64,000 bases of DNA from an uncultured delta proteobacterium (GTDB taxonomy: Bacteria; Desulfobacterota; Desulfuromonadia; Geobacterales; Pseudopelobacteraceae), in the NCBI GenBank assembly GCA_963772835.1, contig CAVYYZ010000024.1, forward strand, positions 160,001 to 224,000, in the 5' to 3' direction. A program made the position numbers and the translations under genes. Every line of letters starts with the position of its first letter. Position 1 is the stretch's first letter. Positions 42,574 through 53,038 of this stretch are shown in pieces. A model generated the notes under the pieces. The model made no database searches and was not told the origin of the DNA. It saw only the letters and a program-made list of their open reading frames with translations.

Positions 42574-43095
42574 TCAGAAGCTGTAGCCCCAGGAAACACC
42601 TATCCAGGGCAAAAAACCGTCTGCAGGATATTTCCTGTCTTTCCTGCCCAGTGGATACATCGGGGTAAGGCCGACTTTGAAAAATTGCCCCCCCTGCGGG
42701 CGCTGGTAGCGATAGGAAAGACTACCGGTCAGAGTAGTAAAGTCGTAGTCATTCAGGACGTCACCGAAATCGGAGAGTTCTTTGTAGTGTCCGTAGAGGA
42801 GACCGCCCCCCAGTTCCAGCCAATTATTTCCACTCCCGTAAAGATAGTTGACCAGCAGCGGAAAAGCAGTGAGATGATTGCTCCCGCCAAAGAAGCCGGA
42901 GGTGTTCCAGGTAACTATGCCGAGCCGTACACTGCAATCTTCGCGTATGCGATAATCGGCATTGATGGAATAGATACCACCGTTGCCGAAGAGCTCGAAA
43001 AAAATGCTGAGCGGCGCCTCAGGTTTTTCGGCCGCAAATCCACTCCCCGTCATCATCAACGTAAAAATAAGTACATACATGCCTCGTCGCAGCAT
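42574..43095 (-). CDS. Hypothetical small outer-membrane beta-barrel protein
   Basis: Signal peptide, amphipathic strands (ELFGNGGIYSINADYR), C-terminal WIGVSWGYSF BAM-type signature. Confidence 0.6.
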   Translation of the reverse strand: MLRRGMYVLIFTLMMTGSGFAAEKPEAPLSIFFELFGNGGIYSINADYRIREDCSVRLGIVTWNTSGFFGGSNHLTAFPLLVNYLYGSGNNWLELGGGLLYGHYKELSDFGDVLNDYDFTTLTGSLSYRYQRPQGGQFFKVGLTPMYPLGRKDRKYPADGFLPWIGVSWGYSF

Positions 43096-43256
43096 CGCTT
43101 CCCCCTCTGATCTTGATTTCCGGCTCCTAAAAATCCCGTCAGCAACCACGTCGGAGCATTTCTCCTGGCGGACAACGAAGAAATGTGCTGTCGCGCTCAG
43201 TATGTGCCACGTCTATCACTATAAAATTCATGACCCCCATGTCTTTTAAAACTCCT

Positions 43257-44138
43257 CTATCGTGTGCGCCAGCTGCTGATCAGGCTGGACGTCGTAACCG
43301 AGCAGATAATGAGGGCCCCTCCAAGTATCGATTGTGCCGAAGGCGCTTCTCCCAGCATCAGAAAAACCCAGATGGGATTGAACACGGGCTCTATCAGGGC
43401 GATCAGGTTTGCCGTAACAGCCGGGACCCTCTTGATGCCATAGGAAAAAAACACGGCAGCCAAACCGATCTGTAGCACACCAAGCACCAGGATGCTGCCG
43501 AGTGCTCCCGAAGTAAACCGGGGGATGGGGAGGAAAACGGCTACACTCAGGGCGATCAGTGCGGTAACGGCATGGGAGGCCATAAATGACTGCAGCGGAT
43601 CGCCCTCCTTCTGCATGCGGGTAAAGATGAACACCAGAGCGAAGGTGCAGGCCGATGCCAGCGCCAGCAGGTTTCCGAACAACTGTCCGGCGGACAGGCG
43701 GTCAAGGAAAAGCAGGGCCATGCCGACGGGGGTTAGAAATAGGGCAATCAGCTGTTCCCTGCGGATATGCTCCTTGAGAATAATGACACCTAATATAGCG
43801 GTGAAGACCGGGGCCAGATACTGTAGCAGAATGGCGTTGGCCGCCGTGGTGGTCTTGTTGGCAGCAACGAAGAGCAGCATGGTGGCTGCATTGGCCAGAG
43901 CTGCTCCCGCGAGCGGCCAGGACCACGCCAGTCGGACTGTGCGGACAATCGTCAGCAGAAAGAAAAAAGCGATCAGGCTTCTCATGCCGGCGATCAGGAA
44001 GGGGTTCCAATCCAGAATCTTTATGAACAGGCCTGCCACGCTCCAGAGAAAAGCGCACGCCATCATGGAAAGTGCCCCCATCAGGGCCGGGGAAAAGCGG
44101 GCCTTCATGGAAAACCTGACAGATTTTGCGTGGTACAT
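43257..44138 (-). CDS. DMT/EamA family transporter (start possibly 44108)
   Basis: About 10 TM helices, ANKTTTAANAILLQYLAP, IEPVFNPIWVFL..GEAPS. Confidence 0.9.
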   Translation of the reverse strand: MYHAKSVRFSMKARFSPALMGALSMMACAFLWSVAGLFIKILDWNPFLIAGMRSLIAFFFLLTIVRTVRLAWSWPLAGAALANAATMLLFVAANKTTTAANAILLQYLAPVFTAILGVIILKEHIRREQLIALFLTPVGMALLFLDRLSAGQLFGNLLALASACTFALVFIFTRMQKEGDPLQSFMASHAVTALIALSVAVFLPIPRFTSGALGSILVLGVLQIGLAAVFFSYGIKRVPAVTANLIALIEPVFNPIWVFLMLGEAPSAQSILGGALIICSVTTSSLISSWRTR

Positions 44139-44273
44139 TGTATCATGCCGGTTGTTTGCTCCGATTTATTAATAATAAGTGGTCAGCTTTGTAAAGAAAC
44201 ATCAATCTGTTGGAAATTTCCTCTGTGTTTGAAAGCGGAGAGCGGGTAATCTGCCTCACACTGTATCGCTCCT

Positions 44274-45224
44274 TTATCGGGTATCTTTTGTCGCATATTG
44301 CTGCCTGGTATATGCCGTCAGTCCGGCGATTGTCAGTGCGATGCCCGCAACTCCGGTACTTCCGGGTAATGTACCCTGCAGAAATATAATCTCGCCGATC
44401 AAAGAAAAAACAACCTCCATTGATTGTGTGGCATCTACTGCCGCTAGTTCATAGGGACGTGTACACAGATGTCTGGCATGGAGAAAAACGGTCGTTGCAA
44501 TCACTCCGGAAAACAGCGCCACCAGTGCAGTGCTCACCAGTTGGCCGGATGACGGAGGAGCGGGGTGAGCAAACAGAATGAGTACCAGCCAGAATGGTAT
44601 CGAACCCGCAGTCAGCAGCAGCACCCGGGCAAAACTGTCTTTCATCACTGCATGATCAATCCGTGGGATCAGTTTGTAGCCTCTCTGCGAGGCTTCCCAG
44701 ACCATTTGGTTGCCGGCCGGATAAGAAAAGGCCGCTATCAGCACGGGAATAACGCCATACATAACTTCCTGATGCGTTGCCGTACGTGCGTAGTCGACGT
44801 TGACAAGGATGATACCCGTGAATATGAGACCGGTGAATAATATCCCTTTGAGTGGAACCTGCCTGCCCATCGCAATCAGAATAATCGGTGTGGCCAGGAT
44901 GGTGATTTGCCACGTCGCGGCGATTATCCAGCCGGGTGCGTACGATGCACTGAAGCAAAGCAGCGAATAAAAAACTCCGAAACCGATGCTGCCGGCGAGA
45001 ACCCAGAAGAACCAGAATCGGATGAAAACCCGTACAATTTCAAGAAGATATTTTCCGCTTTTTGTAACCAGCAGATAAAAAACCAGGAAAACAAGCATAT
45101 AGCCGAACCGCAGACTTGCGGTCCACAGCCAGTGCCCGCCTGACAGGCTCATTGCTCTGTTTAATACAAAGGTGCTGCTGAAAAACAGGGCCGACAGTAT
45201 ACCAAGCAGAACCAAGTGAAACAT
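44274..45224 (-). CDS. YjlA-like putative multidrug-efflux / DMT-superfamily transporter
   Basis: LFFSSTFVLNRAMSLSGGHWLWTASLR, AATWQITI, AFSYPAGN, AVDATQSMEV. Confidence 0.85.
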   Translation of the reverse strand: MFHLVLLGILSALFFSSTFVLNRAMSLSGGHWLWTASLRFGYMLVFLVFYLLVTKSGKYLLEIVRVFIRFWFFWVLAGSIGFGVFYSLLCFSASYAPGWIIAATWQITILATPIILIAMGRQVPLKGILFTGLIFTGIILVNVDYARTATHQEVMYGVIPVLIAAFSYPAGNQMVWEASQRGYKLIPRIDHAVMKDSFARVLLLTAGSIPFWLVLILFAHPAPPSSGQLVSTALVALFSGVIATTVFLHARHLCTRPYELAAVDATQSMEVVFSLIGEIIFLQGTLPGSTGVAGIALTIAGLTAYTRQQYATKDTR

Positions 45225-45668
45225 TATAACCCCGATGGATTTACTGTGTATGGTTATAGATCACGAAATGAGATCTGCAGATTTCTCCATGCCGGTTTCG
45301 CGGGGAACCAGAGCTCAATCCGGGTTCCGGGCCGGCGGCGGCCAGGCACTTTGATTGTCGATAATCGTTTAGCATGGTTCAGGGGGATTAGAAACTGAAT
45401 TATTAGAGTTACTCTATTGACGTCGATTTATGTACGCCTTATGAAGGCAGCCTATGTAATTGTCTGCTATTCTTGCCCGTAAAGAGGCTCATGGGGATGA
45501 TTCCTGTATGATCCAGAATATTCCCGGTCTCCCGTGCCTGAACACGATGATGACCGATACTCACTGTGTTTAGGCCGGAACAGTCAAAGTGGTAGAAACC
45601 CGGCTATCTTTTGAACCGCCACCGCACGATCGCTTTTAAATATTCTGCCGACTGTCGTATCTGGATTA

Positions 45669-46445
45669 TTACCGTAAAACCCGGTAAAATTCCGCCGCAT
45701 TGCCGTAATAAACCGCCTGTGCCGCCTCGTCTCCCAGCGCTTCTGCCACCAACAGAAAATCACGGTCAGCATAGAGGCGCGGTGCACGGGTTGAGGGGAG
45801 ATCGGTCCCGAACATCAGGGCCTGCGGGTTGGCGGCGTACAGCGCCCGCAGGGCGGCAGGCACATCAAAATCCACCCGGCCGAAACCGGTGGCCTTGACC
45901 CGCACCCCCCGTTCAGCCAACCTCAGCACCGTCCCGAAGCCGCTCTTTGTAAGCCCTAGGTGGTCGATACTGACCGCCGGAAGAGCGACCATCGTTTCAA
46001 ACAAATCCTCCAGTTCCCGCGAATCAACATACAGCTCACTGTGCCAGCCGGCCAGATCATGCACCCGTCGCGCCAGGGCATCAAGATGGCGCACGTCCTC
46101 CGACCCGCCCCGTTTGAGATTGAAACGCACCGCCCGCACCCCGGCGCTGTCCAGGTCAAGGATCTCCCGATCAGAGACGGTTGCCGGCAGCTGCGTCACT
46201 CCGACGAAGAGCGGCCCGAGGGTGTGCAGAGCGTCCAACAGATAACTCTGGTCAAAGGTCTGGAAGGAGCCGGAAACGATTGCGCCTCCCCGCAGGTCAT
46301 ACGCTGAGAGCTGCAGCCGGTAATCGCTGCAGGTCAGATCCTCGGGCAGATACCCGTTGTTGGGTATCAGCGGAAAACGATGATCGATGATATGGAAATG
46401 GCTGTCAAAGAGAGGGAACCGATCGAGCCGGGCGGTATCAGTCAT
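45669..46445 (-). CDS. Amidohydrolase_2 family protein (2-pyrone-4,6-dicarboxylate lactonase-like)
   Basis: FDSHFHI, GVRAVRFNL, IDHLG, KATGFGR, MFGTDLPST. Confidence 0.85.
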   Translation of the reverse strand: MTDTARLDRFPLFDSHFHIIDHRFPLIPNNGYLPEDLTCSDYRLQLSAYDLRGGAIVSGSFQTFDQSYLLDALHTLGPLFVGVTQLPATVSDREILDLDSAGVRAVRFNLKRGGSEDVRHLDALARRVHDLAGWHSELYVDSRELEDLFETMVALPAVSIDHLGLTKSGFGTVLRLAERGVRVKATGFGRVDFDVPAALRALYAANPQALMFGTDLPSTRAPRLYADRDFLLVAEALGDEAAQAVYYGNAAEFYRVLR

Positions 46446-46619
46446 GGGGGGGAGCCTCCTGAATTCCGGAATGAAACCACGCGGGACGCAGTCGTCTGAT
46501 TATACCCGTCGCTCTGACTTTGGCAATCGGTATTGTTTTATTGAACGCTTCCCGCTATTGTACGGTGAAATTATTTCATCGGCATACGTATCCTGTATAA
46601 TGAAGGATGGAGGGACAGC

Positions 46620-47840
46620 ATGGTTACCTTTGAAGAGGCCCGCTCGATAATTCTTGATTCTGTACAGACTGTCGGCACGGAACGGATTCACCTTTTGGAG
46701 GCGACCGGGAGGATCCTTTCTGAAAATATTGCTGCGCCGTGGGATCTTCCTCTGTGGGACAATTCGGCCATGGACGGCTATGCCGTGCGAACTGTGGATT
46801 GCCAGGCCGTACCATGTCGATTGCGGGTGACCGGGTTTCTGCCGGCCGGCGCCCGGGCAGAGGGGATTACGGTCGAAGCAGGCTGTGCGGTGCGTATCAT
46901 GACCGGTGCGCCGACGCCTGACGGCTGCGATGCGGTTGTTCCGGTGGAGGAGACCGATGACGGCCAGAACGAAGTCACTCTGCTGGAGCCGGTACAAAAA
47001 GGGCAGCATCTCCGCCTGCGTGCTGAAGATGTCGCCGCCGGGACAATTTTCGTTCGAAACGGCACGTGTATCCGACCGCCGGAAGTCAATATGCTTGCCG
47101 GGTTCGGCATGGCCCTGGTTCCGGTGTATCGCCGGCCGATTGTGGCGATTCTCTCAACCGGCGACGAGCTGGTGGAATTGGGGCGGACCCCGGGGCCGGG
47201 AGAAATTATTAACAGCAATACGCTTTCACTTTCCTCCGCCGTTCTGGAATCCGGCTGCATCCCGCGCATAATAGGAATCGCCCGGGATAACAGGGAAAGC
47301 CACCTCGAGAAACTTCGCGAAGGGCTGGCAGCAGATGTTCTGATTACCTCCGCCGGGGTGTCGGCCGGTGACTGCGATCTGGTGCGGGATATCCTGGAGG
47401 AACTTGGCGCGAAGCAGAAATTCTGGAAAGTGGGAATAAAACCGGGCGGTCCGACAGCCTTTGCCATGTACGGCTCGATACCGGTCTTTTCCCTGCCGGG
47501 TAATCCGGTTTCGACCATGATCACCTTTGAGGAGTTTGTGCGTCCGGCTCTGCTCAAAATGCTGGGAAATATGCTGGTGCTTCGGCCATCCTTCACGGCG
47601 ATACTGCGGGAGGCGCTGAAGAAAAAACCGGGCAAGGTCCAGATTGTGCGTGTACGGCTGGAAAAAGAGGGTGCGCACTGGTATGCAACCTCTGCCGGAA
47701 ACCAGCAGACAGCCATCCTCAAGACCATGGTTGACGCTCAGGCGATCGCCGTGCTGCCGGCCGGGAGTACCGCTTTTGCTGCCGGTGACGAGGTGGACGT
47801 CCACTATTACGGAAATTATATCGAACTGGAGTCGAAATGA
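46620..47840 (+). CDS. moeA: Molybdopterin molybdenumtransferase
   Basis: NSAMDGYA, RIMTGAP, STGDEL, SAGVSAGD, IKPG, LPGNPVS. Confidence 0.95.
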   Translation: MVTFEEARSIILDSVQTVGTERIHLLEATGRILSENIAAPWDLPLWDNSAMDGYAVRTVDCQAVPCRLRVTGFLPAGARAEGITVEAGCAVRIMTGAPTPDGCDAVVPVEETDDGQNEVTLLEPVQKGQHLRLRAEDVAAGTIFVRNGTCIRPPEVNMLAGFGMALVPVYRRPIVAILSTGDELVELGRTPGPGEIINSNTLSLSSAVLESGCIPRIIGIARDNRESHLEKLREGLAADVLITSAGVSAGDCDLVRDILEELGAKQKFWKVGIKPGGPTAFAMYGSIPVFSLPGNPVSTMITFEEFVRPALLKMLGNMLVLRPSFTAILREALKKKPGKVQIVRVRLEKEGAHWYATSAGNQQTAILKTMVDAQAIAVLPAGSTAFAAGDEVDVHYYGNYIELESK

Positions 47841-48688
47841 ACGATTATCTTGGTGCCCATATGTCCATATCGGGTGGTCTGCACCTGGCCATCGACCGGG
47901 CGGTCGCCGCCGGCTGCAATGTTCTGCAGATTTTTACCCGCAACTCCAACCAGTGGCGGGGGAAGCCGGTCAGCGATGCCGATGTAGAACTTTTTCGCAG
48001 TAAATTTGTCGCTTCCGGACTGCGTGAAGTGGTCTCGCATGATATCTATCTGATCAATCTCGCTTCCCCCCCGGGAGAGACGCGGGACAAAAGCCTCGCG
48101 GCCTTCCGTGACGAGTTGGAAACCTGTGCCCGTCTCGGTATCACTAAGGTTGTCATGCATCCCGGGTCTCACCTGGCTGATTCACCCCGGACCGGCCTGG
48201 AACGCGTGATTGATGCATTTGACCTGCTCTTCAGTGAAGTGCCGCAGTTTGAGGGGAGGGTGCTGATTGAGACGACAGCCGGTCAGGGAAGTAATCTGGG
48301 CAGGACGTTTGATGAACTGGGTGTGATCATTACCGGTTCACGTTTTCCGGAAAAATTCGGGGTCTGCTTCGACACCTGCCATACGTTCGCTGCAGGATAC
48401 GATACCGCCAGCGAGGAAGGGTATCGCGATACCATGGAGCAGTTCGACCGCATAATAGGCCTGGAGCGGCTGTGCTGTTTCCACCTCAACGACTCCAAAA
48501 AAGGGCTCGGTTCACGGGTCGACCGGCATGAGCATATCGGTCTGGGGACTCTGGGACTCAATCCGTTCCGCTTTATTCTCAATGACCCCCGCTTTGCTGC
48601 GGTGCCGAAGATTCTGGAAACCCCCAAGGGAGACAATGATGAGATGGATGCGGTAAATCTCGGTATTTTGCGCGGATTGATCGCTTGA
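47837..48688 (+). CDS. nfo: Endonuclease IV
   Basis: LGAHMS, YLINL, HPGS, ETTAGQG, CFDTCHTFAAG, HLNDSK, DRHEHIG, ILETP. Confidence 0.96.
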   Translation: MNDYLGAHMSISGGLHLAIDRAVAAGCNVLQIFTRNSNQWRGKPVSDADVELFRSKFVASGLREVVSHDIYLINLASPPGETRDKSLAAFRDELETCARLGITKVVMHPGSHLADSPRTGLERVIDAFDLLFSEVPQFEGRVLIETTAGQGSNLGRTFDELGVIITGSRFPEKFGVCFDTCHTFAAGYDTASEEGYRDTMEQFDRIIGLERLCCFHLNDSKKGLGSRVDRHEHIGLGTLGLNPFRFILNDPRFAAVPKILETPKGDNDEMDAVNLGILRGLIA

Positions 48689-48699
48689 GATGGCGCTGC

Positions 48700-48951
48700 T
48701 TATAACCTGTCAAACAGATATTCCAAGCCGTTGACCTTGATTTCGTAGACCGTGCGCAGCATATCCCCCAACTTTCCCGGTGGAAACCCCTGACCGGCAA
48801 ACCAGACCACATACGGTTCCGGCAGATCGACCAGAAGACGCCCCCGGTATTTGCCGAACGGCATGCGGGTCGCCGCCAGCTCAAGCAGTTTCGCATGGTC
48901 GAAGACGGGATACTGCTCTTTACTTTCCTCAGTAGAAATCATTTTTTCCAT
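48700..48951 (-). CDS. DUF3820 family protein
   Basis: MPFGKYRGRLLVDLPEPYVVWF...GFP.GKLG...YEIKVNGLEYL. Confidence 0.88.
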   Translation of the reverse strand: MEKMISTEESKEQYPVFDHAKLLELAATRMPFGKYRGRLLVDLPEPYVVWFAGQGFPPGKLGDMLRTVYEIKVNGLEYLFDRL

Positions 48952-48990
48952 TCCTCAATTACCCAAAGCGGAAACCAAAATAATTTGTTT

Positions 48991-49069
48991 CACGCAACGA
49001 CGGGACGACGCAACGAAAGGCCTTACGCAATGCTGTATTCTCGATTTTAAAGCGTTGCGTCGTTGCGTG
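48991..49069. repeat. Short REP-like element built from inverted ACGCAACG octamers
   Basis: Left arm CACGCAACGACGGGACGACGCAACG, AT-rich spacer, right arm CGTTGCGTCGTTGCGTG; starts 8 nt after the uvrA stop. Confidence 0.6.
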
Positions 49070-49077
49070 GTTTTGTC

Positions 49078-51945
49078 TTACAGCATCTTCCGCAGGTACT
49101 GCCCGGTGTATGATCTGGTTACTTTGGCGACCTGCTCCGGTGTGCCTGTCGCGATGATTTCCCCTCCCCGGTCGCCCCCTTCCGGTCCAAGATCAATGAT
49201 CCAGTCTGCCGTCTTGATCACATCCAGATTATGCTCGATGATCACGATCGTATTTCCGGCATGAACGAGCCGCTGGATTACCTCAAGTAATTTGGCAATA
49301 TCGTGAAAATGCAGACCGGTGGTCGGTTCATCCAGGATGTAAATCGTCCGTCCGGTGGCGCGTTTGGATAACTCCTTGGCCAGTTTTACCCTTTGGGCTT
49401 CACCCCCCGAAAGTGTCGTTGCAGCTTGTCCGAGCTTTATGTAGCCGAGTCCGACTTCATCCAGTGTGGCCAGCTTGTTTTTGATGCGCGGGATGGCTCC
49501 CATGAATTCCAGCCCTTGAGACACGGTCATGTCAAGCACATCGGCAATGGATTTCCCTTTGAAATGGACCTCCAGCGTTTCGCGGTTATAGCGGGCACCT
49601 TTACAGACTTCGCACTCCACATACACATCCGGCAGAAAGTGCATCTCGATCTTGATGATGCCGTCACCTGAGCAGGCTTCGCAGCGTCCTCCCTTGACGT
49701 TGAATGAGTAGCGGCCGGGCTTATAACCGCGGAGCTTGGACTCCGGAAGGTTGGAAAAGAGATCGCGGATGTCGCTGAAAACGGCGGTATAGGTGGCCGG
49801 ATTGGAACGCGGCGTGCGCCCTATCGGGGACTGATCGATGTTGATGACCTTGTCGAGATGTTCCAGCCCCACAATATCATCCACCGTTCCTGCTTTCTCA
49901 CGGCTGCGGTACAGACGCTGCCCCAGAACCTTGTGCAGGGTGTCGATGATCAGCGTCGATTTGCCGGAGCCCGAAACACCGGTTACGCAGGTCATGACGC
50001 CGAGTGGAATTTCAACCGTAACGTTCTTCAGGTTGTTCCCGGATGCTCCGATGATCCGGAGCACTTTATCCGCTTTGCGCCGTTTCTTCGGCACCGCAAT
50101 GGAGAGCTCACCCGAAAGGTAGCGACCGGTCAGTGATGCCGGATTTGCCATGACTTCAGCCGGAGTCCCCTGTGCCACCACTTCACCGCCATGCACGCCG
50201 GCCCCCGGCCCCATGTCGATCAGATGATCTGCTTCCAGAATGGTTTCTTCGTCGTGCTCCACAACCAGAACGGTGTTGCCGATGTCGCGCAGCCGCTTGA
50301 GGGTGCCTAGCAGGCGGGCGTTGTCGCGTTGATGGAGACCGATGGAAGGCTCGTCAAGAATATAGAGTACTCCGACCAGGCTTGAGCCGATCTGGGTAGC
50401 CAGGCGGATGCGCTGCCCCTCACCCCCCGAGAGGGTTCCGGAGGTACGGTCGAGCGACAGGTAGTCGAGGCCGACATTGACCAGAAACGAGAGCCGTTCG
50501 CGAATCTCCTTGAGGATTCGTCGGCCGATCTCCTGCTCCTTGTCCGTCAGCGTCAGCTCCTCGAAGAAACGGAGACAGTCGCGGATCGAATAGGCCGTCA
50601 CATCACGGATGGTTTGCTCGCCGACCAGCACATGGAGCGCCTCGGGGCGGAGACGGGCTCCCTGGCAGGTCGGGCAGGGCATGATATTCATATACTTTTC
50701 CAGCTCTTCGCGGGACGTATCAGATTCGGTCTCCCGCCAGCGACGCTGCAGGTTGTTCAGCACCCCTTCAAATTCCTTCTGATAGGTATGCCGGCGTTCA
50801 CCGTCCTCTTCCCACCAGAACTCGATCTTCTTCCCCCCTGAGCCGTTCAGTATGACGTCGCGGACAGCTTCGGGCAGGTTCTTGAACGGGGTGCGAATGT
50901 CGAACGAGTAGGCTTTGGCGAGTGCGTCAAGAATCAGATGGAACCAGCCGGAAAGGCGTTTCTCCCACGGGGCGATGGCGCCTTCGCGCAGGGAGAGTTC
51001 ATGGTTTGGAATCACCAGATCGGCATCGAAATACATCCGGGTGCCGAGCCCGGTGCAATCCGGGCAGGCGCCATGCGGGTTGTTGAACGAGAACAGGCGC
51101 GGGGTGATCTCCTGATATGACAGGCCGCACTCGACACAGGCCAGTTTTTCAGAGAAGAGCATCTGCTCCGGTTTGGGCACCCTTTTGCTCTTCACCTCGG
51201 GAGGCTCATCTGAAGTCACGACCGGAGCGACAGCTTCGACCTTGACAACGCCTTCGGCATGATGCAGGGCCGTCTCCAGCGAATCGGCCAGGCGGCGCTG
51301 TATGCCGTCCTTGATCACGATGCGGTCCACGACGATGTCGATATCATGTTTTTTCTTCTTGTCCATCTCGATGTCATCGGCCAGTTCCCGCACGGTGCCG
51401 TCGAGCACGACCCGGGTAAATCCCTCCTTGCGCAGCTGGTTCAGCTCTTTCTTGTACTCACCCTTCCGGCCGCGGATCATCGGCGCGAGCAGGGTCAGCT
51501 TCGTCCCGGCAGTGAGGAGCATGATCTGGTCAACCATCTGGGAGACGGTCTGCGAGGTGATCTCCCTGTTGCAGGAAGGACAGTGCGGCCGTCCGACCCG
51601 TGCGAACAGCAGACGGAGGTAGTCATAGATCTCGGTGACGGTCCCGACGGTGGAGCGTGGGTTTTTACTCGTGGTTTTCTGCTCGATGGAGATCGCCGGT
51701 GACAGCCCTTCGATTGATTCGACGTCCGGCTTTTCCATCTGCTCCAGGAACTGGCGGGCGTAGGAAGAGAGCGATTCGACATAGCGGCGCTGTCCCTCGG
51801 CATAAATGGTATCAAACGCCAGGGTGGACTTGCCGGAGCCGGAGAGACCGGTGATGACGACCAGCTGGTCGCGGGGGATTTCGACGTCGATGCACTTGAG
51901 GTTGTGCTCGCAGGCGCCTTTAATGATGATTTTGTCGTGTGCCAT
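49078..51945 (-). CDS. uvrA: Excinuclease ABC subunit A
   Basis: Two ABC modules ([32 protein letters not shown]), zinc fingers, [13 protein letters not shown]. Confidence 0.98.
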   Translation of the reverse strand: MAHDKIIIKGACEHNLKCIDVEIPRDQLVVITGLSGSGKSTLAFDTIYAEGQRRYVESLSSYARQFLEQMEKPDVESIEGLSPAISIEQKTTSKNPRSTVGTVTEIYDYLRLLFARVGRPHCPSCNREITSQTVSQMVDQIMLLTAGTKLTLLAPMIRGRKGEYKKELNQLRKEGFTRVVLDGTVRELADDIEMDKKKKHDIDIVVDRIVIKDGIQRRLADSLETALHHAEGVVKVEAVAPVVTSDEPPEVKSKRVPKPEQMLFSEKLACVECGLSYQEITPRLFSFNNPHGACPDCTGLGTRMYFDADLVIPNHELSLREGAIAPWEKRLSGWFHLILDALAKAYSFDIRTPFKNLPEAVRDVILNGSGGKKIEFWWEEDGERRHTYQKEFEGVLNNLQRRWRETESDTSREELEKYMNIMPCPTCQGARLRPEALHVLVGEQTIRDVTAYSIRDCLRFFEELTLTDKEQEIGRRILKEIRERLSFLVNVGLDYLSLDRTSGTLSGGEGQRIRLATQIGSSLVGVLYILDEPSIGLHQRDNARLLGTLKRLRDIGNTVLVVEHDEETILEADHLIDMGPGAGVHGGEVVAQGTPAEVMANPASLTGRYLSGELSIAVPKKRRKADKVLRIIGASGNNLKNVTVEIPLGVMTCVTGVSGSGKSTLIIDTLHKVLGQRLYRSREKAGTVDDIVGLEHLDKVINIDQSPIGRTPRSNPATYTAVFSDIRDLFSNLPESKLRGYKPGRYSFNVKGGRCEACSGDGIIKIEMHFLPDVYVECEVCKGARYNRETLEVHFKGKSIADVLDMTVSQGLEFMGAIPRIKNKLATLDEVGLGYIKLGQAATTLSGGEAQRVKLAKELSKRATGRTIYILDEPTTGLHFHDIAKLLEVIQRLVHAGNTIVIIEHNLDVIKTADWIIDLGPEGGDRGGEIIATGTPEQVAKVTRSYTGQYLRKML

Positions 51946-52135
51946 GATAATTCCTTCGATTGCAAAGTGACATTAACATATATCACACATCGGTTTCAGT
52001 ATGAAGCGACTTTGCAATCCGGATACTGGTCATGTGCAGTCTGCGTCTTTTGGAGACTTAAAAACCATTGCGCCCCTTTTTTCTCTTCCCCCGTAATCAT
52101 TCTTGTACCATGATGCACCCAAGGAGAACGTGTAT

Positions 52136-52750
52136 ATGACTTTGCTTTACGCTCTTGATCTGCTGGGAACCGCCGCTTTTGCCGCCTCCGGTGCACTGGC
52201 CGGGGTTCGGCGGGGGATGGATGTATTCGGTGTGCTGGTGCTGGGCCTTGTTACCGCCACCGGCGGCGGTACGCTGCGTGACCTGCTGCTGGGAGACACC
52301 CCGCCGTTTATCCTCAAAGACGAAACGTACCTCTCTATTTCAATCGTGGTCTCTCTGCTTGTATTTATATTTCATCGTCGGTTGGAGTTCCTCACTCATC
52401 CGTTGGTCTTCTTCGATGCTGTCGGCCTGGGTACTTTTGTGGTGATCGGTACCGGCAAGGCTATTGAATTCAGGCTGGGCTTTTTCGGGGCGGTCTTGAT
52501 GGGAGTGATGACCGCTACCGCCGGCGGTATGATCCGCGACCTGCTTTCTGCCAAAGTGCCGATGATTCTGCAGAAGGAGGTCTATGCGTCAGCCTGCCTG
52601 GCCGGAGGCGCCTTACTCTACCTGATGCAGCTGACTGTCACGCCGCCTTACATTACAGCAGTTCTCTCGGCCTCGACCGTAATTGTACTGCGACTGCTGG
52701 CTATCAAATACAACTGGTCGCTGCCGCGGGCCGCAGATGCACATGACTAG
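52136..52750 (+). CDS. Trimeric intracellular cation channel family (UPF0126/YadS-like) protein
   Basis: AAGGAG RBS, AFAASGA, TATGGGTLRD, DAVGLG, TAGGMIRD. Confidence 0.9.
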   Translation: MTLLYALDLLGTAAFAASGALAGVRRGMDVFGVLVLGLVTATGGGTLRDLLLGDTPPFILKDETYLSISIVVSLLVFIFHRRLEFLTHPLVFFDAVGLGTFVVIGTGKAIEFRLGFFGAVLMGVMTATAGGMIRDLLSAKVPMILQKEVYASACLAGGALLYLMQLTVTPPYITAVLSASTVIVLRLLAIKYNWSLPRAADAHD

Positions 52751-53038
52751 AAAAACAGGCATGATGGTAATGCGATTAGTCATGATTTGAAATCTGCTGA
52801 GATAAAAAACGGATTGAAAATCGCGGCCGAGGTCCATATGCGGATTGCAGCTTTAAGTACCTTCGAGTCCCGGCCTCCTTGAACATCCCAAAGCCATTTA
52901 CCTTTTTTGAATTTGACAGAAGGCGGGCCGGTTCGGTATACAGAGATATTCGCTTTTTATCACGGCGCTACATCTCCTGCGGAAACTCATTTTTCGCCAA
53001 TTTATTCATCCCTTTGAAAAAGCGGTGACATCACTCCC

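Noticed and set aside
45225..45600. Possible guanidine (ykkC) riboswitch upstream of the YjlA-like transporter
   Set aside because: GGGTTCCG is on the wrong strand and the conserved 3' motif is absent.
46778..47728. Long antisense ORFs (e.g. 316 aa opposite moeA, 254 aa opposite DUF3443)
   Set aside because: Shadow ORFs typical of GC-rich coding DNA; no motifs or RBS.
51150..51240. Low-complexity insertion [24 protein letters not shown] in UvrA
   Set aside because: Short variable loop; no intein signatures.
52855..52880. TTCGAGTCCC tRNA T-loop-like word upstream of panP
   Set aside because: No T-stem, acceptor stem or CCA; not an att-site match to the tRNAs in this window.
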